DNA of 63,748 nucleotides, the filler included, from Folioceros fuciformis (taxonomy: Eukaryota), in assembly GCA_049999805.1 (NCBI GenBank). It is 6 parts of 5 records of this genome, joined end to end, with 100 filler letters (N's around TTAATTAATTAA, not from the genome) between each part and the next. Parts side by side here need not be neighbours in the genome. Positions count along the whole stretch, not along the records: positions 15,355 to 28,448 come from JBNGIO010005648.1; positions 28,549 to 43,724 come from JBNGIO010005650.1; 4 more parts are not named here. One strand, given 5' to 3'. Below are positions 23,634-36,616 of the stretch, in pieces. Under the pieces are notes generated by a model. It was not told where the DNA came from and searched no databases. It saw only the letters and a program-made list of their open reading frames with translations. A program made the translations under genes and the position numbers. Positions within the stretch are counted from its first letter, which is position 1; every line of letters starts with the position of its first letter.

Positions 23634-25965
23634 ATGAATTCTTCCAGCGGTGACAACACCAATTACTACGATGCGCTCGGGGTCAGCAAAAATGTTTCTC
23701 AGGAGGATCTGAGGAAGGCTTTCCAAACGGAGGTTATTGAAGGCTACCCTGACAAGAGTGCGGACTCTCAGAAGGTTTGGCGATGGAGGCTTCCCAGCTC
23801 CCGGTCTAGGTTTAGGTTTTTGCGTGCAATGTTATCGTTTCGTCTGCTAGCGTTCTTGTGTGGTATAGTGGCATGGTAGCTGGTTTGATTGTGTCACCAA
23901 TTTCCCTTGACTCATCTTGATGGCAGGCAGTTGCTGGTAAAGCCTTCTCCCGGACAGTTTGCGAGATCTGGTATCTTTCACTCGTTTCATTTTTGGAAGG
24001 AACACGGTATTTGTCCCAAGCTTTGGTGTAAAGGACTCTGCTGACTCTGGCTTGTTGGTTGGCGGACCTCCCCGTTGCAGGAGGTTTTCGCTACTTAGAT
24101 GGATGGAGGGAATTCGTCTGGGGCGCGTTGGCCGGGGGGTTTGGGGAGACCATCATGCATCCAGTGGACACTCTCAAGACGCGAATTCAGAGCCAGAGTT
24201 TCGGGCTTCAGGTATTAAATGACCGAAACTCAGGGGGCCAGTTGAATGTGCAATAGACTTGTAGGAAGTAAGCTGGCGGGGGAATGCAGCACAGGTAAGA
24301 TCGGAGAGTAACGCAACCGGTTTATCAAGATTGTTTCAGTGAATGCTGTGCTCTTAGGCAGGTTGTTGTAGGAGTGCTGTTGCCGTTCTGTTGGTGTTGG
24401 TGTTGCTGTTGATGATCCTCTCGGTGAACAATCAGAGCCAGAAGCAAGTTGGGCAGCTACTGGGACCGGTCAGAACAGTCGATGGCGTAAGAGGTAACTC
24501 GTCGACCTTGTCTTCTGTATGGTCCCCTAATCTGAGGCTCAATGTGGCTGCCAGGACTCTTCCTTCTTCTCCCTTCTTATTGCTTTCCTGGTTTTGTCTA
24601 CAGGATTGTATAGGGGAGTGGTACCTGGAATTACTGGATCTCTGGTCACAGGAGCCACTTACTTTGGATTTATCGAGTCAACCAAAGACTGGCTTCGAGA
24701 AACAAACCCAAGGCTAGAAGGTCCCTGGGCACACTTCTTAGCTGGTGCAGTCGGTAAGGTGTCAATAGCTCACATTTGCCCCACACTTGGACCTTCCTTG
24801 TTCACACCGGGGGCTTGTTTTCTCATGTGACCTTCATGTTTCAGGGGACACCATTGGATCGGTGATCTATGTTCCGTGTGAAGTGATAAAGCAGAGAATG
24901 CAAATTCAGGGCACTCCTAAAAGCTGGCAAGCAGCAGCATTGAGGGAGGCCCCCCAAGCCGTTTACTATACAGGAATATTTCAAGCGGCTAACTCAATCG
25001 TTAAACAAGACGGACTCCGAGGTTTATATGCAGGGTATTTAGCTGCTCTTACCCTCTGGGATTTCCTGTTCACCAGGAGCATGTCGGCCAACAGTGCATG
25101 TCTCGTTGACGATGCTTGTGCTTGCTGGCAGCTATCTGTCAACTCTTGCAAGGGACGTACCATTTGCAGGATTGCAGGTAAGGAGTGGGTGGCTAATGAG
25201 GTTGACGTTCGTAGCTTTGATGGCTTATCTGGTCTTCGCGTTCTCTACCTGCTACTAAGAAAGGGGGACGGTGCAGATCATGTTCTACGAAGCTCTTAGG
25301 ACTGGTGTTGAATATGGCCATCAGCAGTGGTCATCCTCCACAAATGTGGCGCACAACTTTGGTACTCTTGAAGAGTTGAGCATGGGTGGTGCTGCTGGCG
25401 GTACGTGTTTACCTGGTTTTTCTACATCGAAGCGTCCACTAGCTTGGTTCATGAACTTGAGATTTTGTAAAGTTTTGTGCTTTGGTACGAGTTGGAATAG
25501 ATGCCGATTGTGTGGAGTTGGAGTATGTGGTAAACGTCAGGTTTCTTCTATCTGCAGTCGCTTCACGCATGTCTTGTGACGCAGGTCTCAGTGCGTTTTT
25601 AACAACTCCGTTCGATGTCATCAAGACACGGCTTCAAGTCCAAGGCCTCAACGCAGTGTATGTGAAAGCCACCCTGGCCGATTTCACCCCTCTCCCGCTG
25701 TGCTCCGTCGATGTAATTAATACCATGTCTCTTCAGATATGCCGGTTGGACAGATGCTTTGCGAACAATTTGGAGGGAGGAAGGCGTAAAGGGCTTTTTC
25801 AGAGGAGCTATCCCTAGGATTTGCTGGTTTGTTCCGGCGTCAGGCTTGACCTTTATGGCCGTGGAGTACCTACGAAAGCACCTCAACCCAGAGCTTCGTG
25901 AACAATCACCTGCACCATCCGTGATCTCCGTGGTGGGCCCTCCCTTGGACGAGATCCGAACGTGA
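23634..25965 (+). CDS. Mitochondrial carrier family (SLC25) protein, At1g74240-like, with a probable DnaJ-derived first exon
   Basis: Carrier signatures PVDTLKTR, PCEVIKQR, PFDVIKTR. Predicted GT-AG exons: 23634-23774, 23931-23970, 24081-24211, 24436-24493, 24604-24753, 24845-25034, 25132-25177, 25277-25400, 25585-25657, 25737-25965. Phases are consistent; the first two exons are less certain. Confidence 0.9.
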
Positions 25966-26192
25966 CACTTGTCCCGTACGGAATTCCATTACGGGCAGGG
26001 AACTCCAGAGCCTGTCTGCCGTCTAAATAGCGGTTTTCCATATTTTCAAGAGACTTTATTGTTATCCGGACCTTTTACCAAACTGCTAGAGTAGGTAACG
26101 GCGAGACTGGAAACGGATTCACGTACTCAGGGTTCACGCATTTGCTATTGCGATTGGTTGAAGCTCAGGAGTTGCACGCTCTTAGGAGGACG

Positions 26193-27571
26193 ATGGCCAC
26201 CAGGGCGGTGCAGAGATATGGCCTCCGGGATGTTGCTGCCAGGGTGAGGCTGCTCTCCAGTGGGCGCCGCTGGCACGGTTCGTGTTGCGGGAGCTCTCTA
26301 AAGTGGAACGAAACGCCGAGCATCAGCACCTTGGGACAGGGCATATTATTGCGTGAAGAGGAAGGTCTTTGGGATCGAGGTTTAGGGTTTATGTGCGAGC
26401 AACGAAGGAGTCTGAGATTGTTGGCCAAGAGCGAGGCGGAGCGGGAGAGGCGGCAGCAGGCCGACAGGATCGTAGTTTACAGAGGCAAATGGATGCGTCC
26501 GTTCCGATTGGTTGTCAGGTGTGCAAAGGTGACATAATTCATGGTCGCCGTTCCATGCGTGGCACCCCGTTGATGTGTGCAGTCTGCTGCAGACTGAAAC
26601 TGGTTCAGCTGGCGGGCGTGGGAGCGTTGGTCATCCCCTTGGCACACTTGTCTCAACACGTAGGCTCCCGTTGCCATCGAATTCTTCACGCCTACAAGCT
26701 TGGAAGCAGCTCAATGTCTCGAAACTGCTAAACCGCTGCGATGTTGTCGTGCAAGGCGCTAGGGTAGCCTTCCACTTCCGGCGTTGTTAGCTTGTGGAGG
26801 TGTTTTGATTGGATCCGCATCCGCATCCGGTGCTCTTTGGTACTACTCTCGCAGGTACGCAGTGTGGCTGATTTATTTGTTTTTTTTTTCTAGGCTCGCT
26901 GAGCTTATTCTAATGAAGCATCCCCGAGCTCGATGTGCGCAGGTATGTAGGAGAAATGTCGCTGACACCTGACATGAAGCGAGTGCAGATCAGTGTGATG
27001 GACTTCTGGGGCAACCGCAAGGTGAAACAAAAGAGTCGCTCCTCCATTGGAAGCATCCCTCTTACCACGACCCTCCGAAATACATCTGAGAGCCGTAATC
27101 TTGTTTGGATTGTTTTGCAGGACGTGGAGGTCGATGTGAGGTGACAGCACACCGCATCCTACACCGTGGTTTCCGCTCCCGGGTTGCATCAGAACCGCAG
27201 ATAATGCTAACAGCAACAAAAATTGTATTGCTCCAGGGATGTGATCCCGCCGCTCCAGGGGTTGGACAAGGAGGAGCTTCAGGCGGTAGCGAACCACGTC
27301 CTGACCCCGCTGAACGGTAAGTCGATGCTCCCGCGCACCTAACGCCTCTCCTTTTCCCGCCATCTGTCGCGCAGCATTATGACGAGGCATTGCACCCCCC
27401 CTGTGCTGTCACCTTTGCTTTCCTTTGGTGCCATCAGTGGCAGGCGAGCGTCAGTTCGTACTGAGCCTGAAGCACGGGCAACTGGTGCACAAGGAGAAAT
27501 TGTTCCAGCTCCTCCACGGCAAGCTGTCCGGCGACGAGCAAGAGGAGGATGTGGTGGAGTCGAGTGGCTAG
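26193..27571 (+). CDS. TMEM186-like mitochondrial membrane protein
   Basis: Basic presequence-like N-terminus, two hydrophobic segments, then RRYVGEMSL...VQISVMDFWGNRK. Predicted exons 26193-26518, 26593-26659, 26763-26854, 26943-27021, 27121-27140, 27237-27316, 27438-27571. Family call is from recalled motifs. Confidence 0.75.
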
Positions 27572-28448
27572 GCAGCCGCCTCGCCTCCTCGGTGCGGGGC
27601 CTGCATTTTGTGTATTCAGTCTTAGATTGTGATCCGTCTCCGCTTACTACGTCACCTACATTCTGTACTCCACTTGTCTTCTACAGCCTGGGGAGGACGC
27701 GGCTTTTCTATTGGGAAGCAAGTACACGCGCGTTCGCACTGTATCACACTTTACGAGCACATGCGGAGGCAGCGAAGAGGTCAAATCCTTCATGTACGTA
27801 CACACATACATATGTATATGCATCAAGGGTATCGAAAGATGAGTTGTGATGCGTACAGTCCTGACATACTCTGTACATAAGACTGGCGAGCTTTACAGCG
27901 GAGGGGGTGTTCCTCCGCATACAGTACGTCGACGAGCCAGAAACAGGGCCATGAAGACAGCCAGACAGCAGGGCTAGCTAGACAAGGGCATTGGCAGGGC
28001 TCAACAGTAAAGATGGCAGCCAGATCTGATTCGCCGCGTGTTTGGCTGTAAGCTCGGCCTCCGCGGTATTTTTCACACGTGACGTTAAAACAGGGATGAG
28101 GCTCGGGAGGGATCTGATCCCAGTGGGTAGAAGCGTCAGACATTTGTGATTCTCCGCGGAATGGCTGCCTACAAATGTTGACAGTTGGGGATGGTTCGGC
28201 GGCAATCGGAATTCGGACATGCGCATTGCTGAGGAGAAGGAATTGAGCTCAGTTCGGTTCCTGCTCTTGTTTTGCAAGTGGAGGCAAGAAAGGTGTCCGA
28301 TGGTGGAGAAGGTGTCACAGTGGTCATGTTGCTCAGCGTCCCCGCGGGGGGAGCAGCAGCAGGGGCGGACTCCGTTCCGTCGACGCCGCAGCGTGGGCAC
28401 GGCTTGGGCGGGCGCCGGCGCGGGCGCGGGCTTGGGCGCGAGGAGCAC

Positions 28449-28548
28449 NNNNNNNNNNNNNNNNNNNNNNNNNNNNNNNNNNNNNNNNNNNNTTAATTAA
28501 TTAANNNNNNNNNNNNNNNNNNNNNNNNNNNNNNNNNNNNNNNNNNNN
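28449..28548. other. Artificial contig linker
   Basis: N44-TTAATTAATTAA-N44. Confidence 0.98.
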
Positions 28549-31500
28549 GCTACTGCTGACACTTCGTCAGATAGGCTGCAAGAAAAGGACAGACTTACCC
28601 CGAATAATTATGATGCCTGGAGTTTCAGGGTGCATTGCATTCTAGAAGAAAAACTGCTCATGGATGTTGTAGATGGCACTTTGCCTAAGAAGGTTGCCGG
28701 AATGCCCTCTGGATTGACAACACTAGGAGGCACAGTTAAGAATTGGAACTTAAAGGACGAACTGGAATGGACGTCCAAGGACAGGAAGGCATGTACCATA
28801 CTTGTGTCTTCTGTCTCATAGGAGATGATCCCTCATATAAAACTGACTCAGTCCTCAAACGAAGTCTGGTCACTTTTATCTGAGACTTATGAGTCAAAAG
28901 ACATGATGACTGAGGTTGCTGCAACACCGCACTTCCAAAATCTTTGCATGAAGGAAACCGATTCTGTTGAGAGTCACGTTGCTAAGTTTAGGGCTGCTAG
29001 AGCCAAACTAGCATCTTGTGGAGTCATCCTGTCTGAGTCTAGGGCTGTTGTACAGCTGCTAGCCTCACTCCCTCCTAGTTATGAGCAGTTCAGTTCCAAT
29101 CAGCAAGCAACAACAATTGTAGTTCCTGCCACTGCCACTCAGCATGCATCATCAAACCTCACTATGCAGAAAGTTGTTGGAGCCCTGTTACAGGCTGAAG
29201 CCAACAAGAAACATATGCAAAAGGGAGCATCCTCTAGTTCTTACAAACAGAGTGACACTGCCCTCTTTTCTATCAGAGGTCGAGGTAGAGGCAGGGGACG
29301 TGGACAAGGTGGCAGAGGGGGTTTTGGAAGAGGACGTGGACAGTCCTTCCAGCCCAACTCAAACTCCTCTTCATCAACCAAGCCTGGTAACTGCAATTAC
29401 TACAACAAACCAGGACATTGGGTTAAAGACTGCACGAAGAGGATTAGAGACGAAGCAGCTAAAGGTAAGCACACATCAGAATCAAATACAGCCAGAGCAA
29501 GCAGTCCTGATCTACTGGTGGCGTGCCTTACCTCATCAAAGAAAGGATGCAGAAGTGGTTCCTTGATAGTGGTGCCTTAAACCACATGTGCTCAAAGAGA
29601 AAGTCATTTCTTACTTATGAGTCTTCCCTCGTTTGCCAGCAAACTGCAATAGTATTAGGAGATGATTCTACAATACCCATCAAGGGTTCTGGAACTATAC
29701 ATATTACCTTGAAGGATGGCAGTTTCCTGTTCTTAGAAAATGCTCTACATGTTCCAGCAATTGCTAAGAATTTGGTTAGTACAATGGCACTTGGAAAGAC
29801 AAATCAATACAGGATAACTTTTGAAAGCACAGAATGTTACATTTCGAGGCTGTCAGCTCCAACTATTCCTATTGCATGAGGAAAGCCACTCTTTGATCTC
29901 TATCTTATGGATTTTATATCAGATGTACCTCCAGTATTTGCACCTGCATCAAGTGCATAAGCTCCAGACAAGTTAGTTACGAGTGCCTTTAAGTGGCACT
30001 GTAGGTTGGGGCATCCAAAATATCAAAGCTATGCGAAGATTGTTGAAAGAGAAGATGGTAATTGGATTTAATGAAGCTAAGTTACCTGACCTTGATCTGT
30101 GTGTTGCTTGTGTACATGGTAAACAATCCAAATCAGATTTTGGAAGTGGAAAACCTTGCAAGGCAACTGAGCTGTTAGATTTGGTCCACACAGATATTTG
30201 CGGACCAATGTTAGTTAACTCATGGGGAGGAGGAAGGTATTTTGTAGTGTTTGAAGATGACAGGTCTCACTATATTGTCACTGAACTTCTTCATCAGAAG
30301 AGTCAGGTCTTCGACAGCTTCAAAAGATACCTAGCATATGCAGAGAGACAGACTGGACTGAAGCTAAAATGTATACGTTCTGATAATGCAAAGGAGTACT
30401 TATCTAAGGCCTTCCAGAAGTTTTGTCAGGAGAGGGGGATCACTTGTCAACTCACCATACCATATCATTCAGACATGAATGGACGTGCAGAAAGGAGACA
30501 CATGACTATTCAAGATTCAGGGCACTTCTCTTTCAAGGGAGGTTGCCAATTCGCTTCTGGGCAGAAGCTGTACAAGTGGCAACGTACATACAGAATAGGA
30601 TAGCAGTCTCCTCTCTTCAGGGTTGTACTCCATTTGAAGCCTGGACTGGCAGTAAGCCTAATCTGTCGCACCTTCGTGTCTTTGGTAGTACAGCCTATGC
30701 ACATATCCCAGACAAGCTGCGTCAGAAGTTTTCCTTTAAGTCCAAGAGACATATCTTCATAGGGTACACTCCTGGAATACATGGTTATAAGTTGTTTGAA
30801 CCCTATACACATTGAGTCATTCATGCTCGTACTGTAGTCTTTGATGAATGCCCTGTCCTTGAGCCCCATACACATACCTTTGCTGATTCTGTAGACTTTG
30901 AGCTTGTAGAACCCGCTCAACCTATTGACTTGGGTGTCAATGATCTCATTGAAGATGTGAATGACTCGGATGTTGTGGAGTTTCTTGATTACGACTTGTC
31001 CTACCTTCTTCCTGATTTACCTGAAGGCTCTCATCTACAGCAGCAACTGTTACCTACAGAACAAGAATCTTCAGAACCATACATAGAACTTTCACTGCCT
31101 GACCATCTAGCCGGTGCCGACGATGATCAGCTTGCTGTTTTAGTTTCTATTGTTCATGATCTTTCAGTGCAGGCTGATCCTCCAGACGAGATGATTGTAG
31201 ATAATCCAGTCGAATATATGATGCCAGTTCCTTCGATTGAATCTTCTCGACGGTCTTTACGAGTTCGTTGACCTCTTGATTAGTGGCGGGAGCCCCCTTA
31301 TCGAAGTGTTGATTTTCGTCAGGATCCAAGCTCTCGTAATTCTGATGCTGCTAGGGTTGCTGTGGACAAAGCTCATGTAATTACCAATCCAGGATATGAG
31401 CCCTCCACCTATCATGAAGCAGTCACTGGATCAGAAGCTAAACACTGGAAAGAAGTTATCCAATCCGAGTATGACTCGCTAGTGCAAAACCATACCTGGG

Positions 31501-34200
31501 AACTCTGCTCCCCACTTGAGGGGAGGAAGATTGTCACATCCAAGTGGGTGTTTAAATTGAAATACAAAGCAGATGGGAGCATCACCACGTACAAAGCTCG
31601 CCTCGTTGCTCGTGTTTTTTCCCAAGTCCTAGGCCTGGACTATCACGATACTTTTTCACCAGTTGTCAAGTTTCAGTCTCTTCGAGTGTGGTTCTCCATG
31701 TCTGCTTTCTATGGGCTGCACATCCATCATATGGATGTCAAGACCGCCTTCTTGCATGGTAAGTTAGAAGAGGAAATATTCATGCAGCAGCCAAAGGGAT
31801 TTGAAGTTGCAGGAAAAGAAAGCTGGGTTTGTAAGTTATTGAAGAGCATTTACGGTCTGAAGCAAAGTCCACGTGCTTGGTATCAGTGTATCGATGAGTT
31901 TCTCCTTGGACTTGGCTTTCTAAAGGGCACTGCAAATACTTATGTGTACTTCCTGCAAGAGCAAACGTGCTATGTTATTCTGGCTCTATATGTGGACGAC
32001 TGTATTCTGCTTGGAACCAACCTAGAGGGAATCACCAGAGTTAAGGCCTTGTTGTCAAGTCGGTTTGATATGGTCGACGTTGGGGAGATGTCTTATTGTC
32101 TTGGCACTCAACTCCAACGTGACCCCGCAAACATGACACTGATCATACATCAAGAGAAGTATATCTACGACATGCTGTTCAAGTACAAGTTGTTAGATGC
32201 CAAGCCTTCACTTACCCCTTTGGAGACAGGGTGTAAACTTACCAGTTCTCAGTCCCCTGAAGGAGATGCTGAGAAAGCTGAGATGGAGCTGGTTCCTTAT
32301 CCTCAAGCTATCGGCTTTCTTATCTTCTGCTCTAACAATAGTAGCCTGATGTAGCTCTCCCGGTTAGTATGGTTTCTCAGCATTTGAAACGACCTGGAAG
32401 AGTGCATTGGACAGCAGTGAAAAGGATACTTTGATATCTTAAGGGAACCAGTGGACATGGAATACATTACACAAAACGAGGCCATGATGAGGAAGAGCTT
32501 ACCCTTGTTGGACTCTATGATGTAGACTGGGCAGCAGACCCAGACACTAGGAGGTCTATCTTTGCCTATGGCTTTTTGCTTGCAGGTGGAGCTGTGACCT
32601 AGTCTTCTAAAAAGCAATCAATAGTGTCACTGTCTTCCAGAGGCGGAGTACTTAGCCCTAACTGAAGCAGCAAAAGAGGCTATGTGGCTGCGAAGGCTAC
32701 TCACGAATTTAGGTCAGCCACAAAACAATCCAACTGTGATATATTGTGACAATCAGTCAGCCTTAGCCCTAGCACAAAATCCAGTCTTCCATGCAAGAAC
32801 CAAACATATTGAAGTACACCATCACTTTGTGATACATGCGATGGAAACTAAATAGGTAAGGCTAGAGTATATTCCTACAAAGTCAAAAGCAGCAGATCTC
32901 CTTACCAAGTCCCTACCTAGGCTGAAGCACTATCAATTCAAAGAAGCGTTGGGAGTCTTAGGCCCACTTCACACAGCCAACAAGTCCAGCAATAAGTGAG
33001 AAGAGTGGCCGTGAGGCTGACAAAACTAGTGCCAAGAGGAAGTCTACTCTATTCACTCTCCATAGTCCGACCTTTTTCCTTCAGAACTCTCTTGAGTTCG
33101 ATGTGGAAGGAGAATTGAGCTCTGTCTTTTCATCAGCTCTGTTCCTGGTATTAGGGTCGTAGTTGTGTTCCTCGCCACTTGTGATGTCATCTTCCCCTTC
33201 ACGTTGAACGTAGCCAGCCTCATCTGCCATCTTCTCCCAAGACACTGTATCATGAAGTAGGTTGTTTAGCAACAGGCCATACCACAACAACAATGGGACA
33301 ATAATCAAGGCAAGCTGTAGGTTAACTGTTTTTACCATAGCTCGATATGAAGTTTCCCTCGTGTCCGCCCCATCTCCACCAGTTCTCCTTGAACATACAG
33401 ATGTTAGTTGTTGGGCAGGTGTAGACTTCAGGAGTTTTAGGGTCGTTTACACCATTTTCGTCTGTGATGACTCGTCTGCGTAGAGTCGGGTGTCCCAGCG
33501 GCAGCTTATACTCCTTAGCCTGGAAGTCAGTTGGCACAACAACATCATCTAAGCCCTCAGTTAGCTGTTCCCTTCTTGTCCTACCCAAAGGAATGTTTAG
33601 AGAGACTCTTCGAGAGGTGGTCACACTTTTTCGTCTCAAGCTGTCTATCTCCTTGGTCAAAGCCTCTTCTCGCTTCTTCGCTATCACCAGTAAGTCCTGC
33701 CAGTACTTGGTTGCTCCCCTGTCAATGACTTTGTATGGAGGCTCCCCTTCAGGCTGGACTGGACAGGGAGGAGCATGGAGAGGAGGACAGGTGCAAATTT
33801 GACGCGCCATAGCAAGAACACCGAGTGTCCCAGCAGACATGAAGCGAGGTGGTGGGCGCACAACAGGCGGTGACGGCTCCTTGTTGATGCTGTGAGGATC
33901 GTTGCTGTCTTCTCTATCAGATGATGATAAATCAATAGGCGCAGCCCGTGTTCAAGCCATGGCGGTGACCCTCGAAGCGTGAATGAGGAGCTTCTCAGCT
34001 GGAGACTAAGTAGAGACTGAGGAGCGCACATCGAAGACTGATCTTAAGTTCAGCTTGCTTTAGGTTTTATCTGTATACCCAATGAGAGGGGGTGTTGCAG
34101 ATAATTACGATATATAATACTTTTGTTATGCATTATGTTATACCTAAAACGAAAGGGTAAACCCTAAATACAGTTATGTAACCGTTTCACGGGTACAGCC
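28549..34200 (+). mobile_element. Ty1/Copia element D (5' end lost at contig edge), decayed
   Basis: gag with RGG tract and knuckle 28549-29580, protease WFLDSGA, integrase 29983-30815, RT (YVDD) 31362-32354, RNase H to 32999. PPT ATGAGAGGGGG 34082-34092, 3' LTR starts at 34093 (end uncertain). Confidence 0.92.
33081..33960 (-). pseudogene. Predicted spliced antisense accessory gene of Copia D, with one premature stop at codon 3
   Basis: ATG at 33960 in CACCGCC-ATG-G context. Codon 3 is TGA (likely from CGA), then the frame is open to 33336. Intron 33335-33245 (GTAAAA...GCTAAAC...CAG, phase 1). Exon 2 33244-33081 is in frame. Confidence 0.65.
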
Positions 34201-34209
34201 TACATGCCC

Positions 34210-35177
34210 TTGACCCCCAGCAAATTCAGTCTAGTCCTTGTTGCAATGTTTGGTGCGCGCTGAGTTCGATCAGAGAATTTGTCAGTGCATACCAAAAACT
34301 TAACTAGGAGAGGGGGACGAATCCGCCCGCTGCGCGGAGTGGAGGGAGAGTCTCTCCTTCCCTTATTTCCTGAACCGTTGGCTGCGGAAGAGTGAGTTGA
34401 GAGGCCCTGGAGATTGCTGGGGTCACTGCAAGGTTGCTGGACCCTGGAAGAGAATCGCTGAGAGTTGGCGGGATGATTTAGAAAGAGTGCTGAAGTTTAG
34501 ATGTGATTCCTGGAGAATTTTCAAGAGATTTTAAAGTGTTTGTGAGTGGCTGTTGAAGATGGTGAAAGATTGCAAAGGATTGTGAAAGATTCGCTGGAGA
34601 TTTGTGGGCGCTACTGGAAGACTAAGACCCTTGAGGACGGGCCTGTGAGGAATAAGTGTACATCGAAGCTTCTGGTGTGTTTTGCATGTGGAAGATGGTT
34701 GCATGTGTATGTGTGTGTAGGGTGGTTGGTCCGCGAGGTCTCGTTCCCCCAAGGATTAGCACTTGCATGTGTGTGGAGCATCCAATAAAACTAGAACTGT
34801 GAGTCTAGAAGCCCCTAGGGCAGAAACCTGTGGTGGAAACCCGCAGCGGCACATGCGCCGGAAAATATTAGTTAGGGTTTTGAGTGGGACCCACCACAGT
34901 CGTAGGGACCACTACCAGTCGCGGAACCAATGACTGCGGTTGTGGAGTAGAGACCAGAGTCGTAGAGCTGGGTCTGCGGTAGCTAGGCTAACTAGAGGGT
35001 GGTGGTAGTTGAACTGGTAGGTAGTTGGGCAGTAGTGGATAAGGTCCGACCTAGGTAAGAGTCAGTAGTAGAAGAAACCTGTGTTACTTGGCACAAATCA
35101 TGCCCTTGGGAGCAAATCTTATGGCTACAACGACATAGAGGGTTTGTGTGGGCCTTGCGGTGTCCCTGGACACAACA
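34210..35177 (+). mobile_element. LTR-like fragment of a family also present at 57420-57628
   Basis: The 3' end (aatcatgcccttggg...gctacaacgacatagagggtttgtgtggg...ggacacaaca) aligns with 57545-57628. The left boundary is approximate. Confidence 0.55.
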
Positions 35178-35321
35178 TTAACTCCACAGCATGCTATACA
35201 TTCCTTCCTTAGGAACAAAGCTTGTAGAAAATGTGTGCAAATTGATTAAATCGTGTATGAGCTAAAACACATGAAAAGGAGCTTACTTATGGTGTGCCAA
35301 AGCAGATGCGTCGGTTCGTAT

Positions 35322-35555
35322 CCTATTTTCTGTGAAAGCTTTCATCACTTTTTTTTTGTGAAAGCTTTATCACTATTTTCTGTGAAAGCTTTCATCACTC
35401 TTTTTTTTGTGAAAGCTTTATCACTATTTTCTGTGAAAGCTTTCATCACTCTTTTTTTTGTGNNNNNNNNNNCTTTATCACTATTTTCTGTGAAAGCTTT
35501 CATCACTCTTTTTTTTGTGAAATCTTTATCACTATTTTCTGTGAAAGCTTTCATA
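35322..35555. repeat. ~45-bp tandem repeat containing a 10-N gap
   Basis: Unit ctattttctgtgaaagctttcatcactcttttttttgtgaaagctttatca, about 5 copies. Confidence 0.9.
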
Positions 35556-35632
35556 AAAATTTTCCATGGTCACAGAGAGCATCTATACAGCATATGCTTA
35601 AGGGTTTAGGGTTGAGGCCCAGGCCCAAGAAT

Positions 35633-35815
35633 TACCTCACTCTCGATGCATCCTTGGCTATTGTATGCACTCGCGAAGCCGCCTCTACGACCNNNNNNNN
35701 NNATGCATCCTTGGCTATTGTATGCACTCGCGAAGCCGCCTCTACGACCAACCTCACTCTCAATGCATCCTTGGCTATTGTATGCGCTCGCGAAGCCGCC
35801 TCTACAACGACCAAC
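35633..35815. repeat. ~60-bp tandem repeat
   Basis: Unit acctcactctcgatgcatccttggctattgtatgcactcgcgaagccgcctctacgacca, 3 copies around a gap. Confidence 0.9.
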
Positions 35816-36202
35816 TTGCTGATAGCCAAGCCTTTGTTTTGACAACCACAATGAAACCTTGAATCACAAATACATATGAGGTAGTACACAAAACATGTCT
35901 CCCCAATCCTACAACTTGGAGGAAGTTGTGCAGCAAAAGCCTTGGGGAAGGGTTGGTATTTTTGCCTTTGCTTGAGAAGCCTCCTATCAACCACCCCACT
36001 AGCAATTGTTGCAATAGACTTCACTTGGACAAGGCTTTACCCAATTGAGAGGCCAAACTTCAGGCTACATAGGGTCGAGCCAAGGCTCATGGCCACAAGT
36101 AGCCTGAAACAGGTTGTTATCGCCCTCGAGGTAGTTTTAGGCATGGGAAGGTAGAAGCTTAGATTCTCACACGGCCCCTTCCGGCACATTATGGATTACA
36201 AG

Positions 36203-36459
36203 TGGCCGCGCGGGCCCTTGCATCACTCCATTCATGGCTGAAATGGCCACGTGGGCCCTTGCACCAACTCCACTCATGGCTGAAATGGCCGCGCAAGCCC
36301 TTGCATCAACTCCACTCATGGTTGAAATGGCTGCGCGGGCCCTTGCATCAACTCCACTCATGGCTGAAATGGCCGCGCGGGCCCTTGCATCAACTCCACT
36401 CATGGTTGAAATGGCTGCGCAGGCCCTTGCATCAACTCCACTCATGGCTTAAATGGGCC
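36203..36459. repeat. 39-bp tandem repeat
   Basis: Unit tggccgcgcgggcccttgcatcaactccactcatggctgaaa-like, about 6 copies. Confidence 0.9.
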
Positions 36460-36616
36460 GAGTAGAGAATGAGCCTGCCATGCCGAAGGTGAGAAGATGA
36501 AATCATATGCAAAGCTAGGTGTAGTCCATTTTGTGATGCAAGTGATCGTATGGCCAAATGCAGCATCTCTCATTAAAATGAAATGGGCAACTCAAGTTGG
36601 GCCTGTAGGTAGTCGG

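Noticed and set aside
27978-28448. GC-rich minus-strand ORF at a contig end
   Set aside because: It may be the tail of a gene, but it is truncated by the linker and has no identifiable motif.
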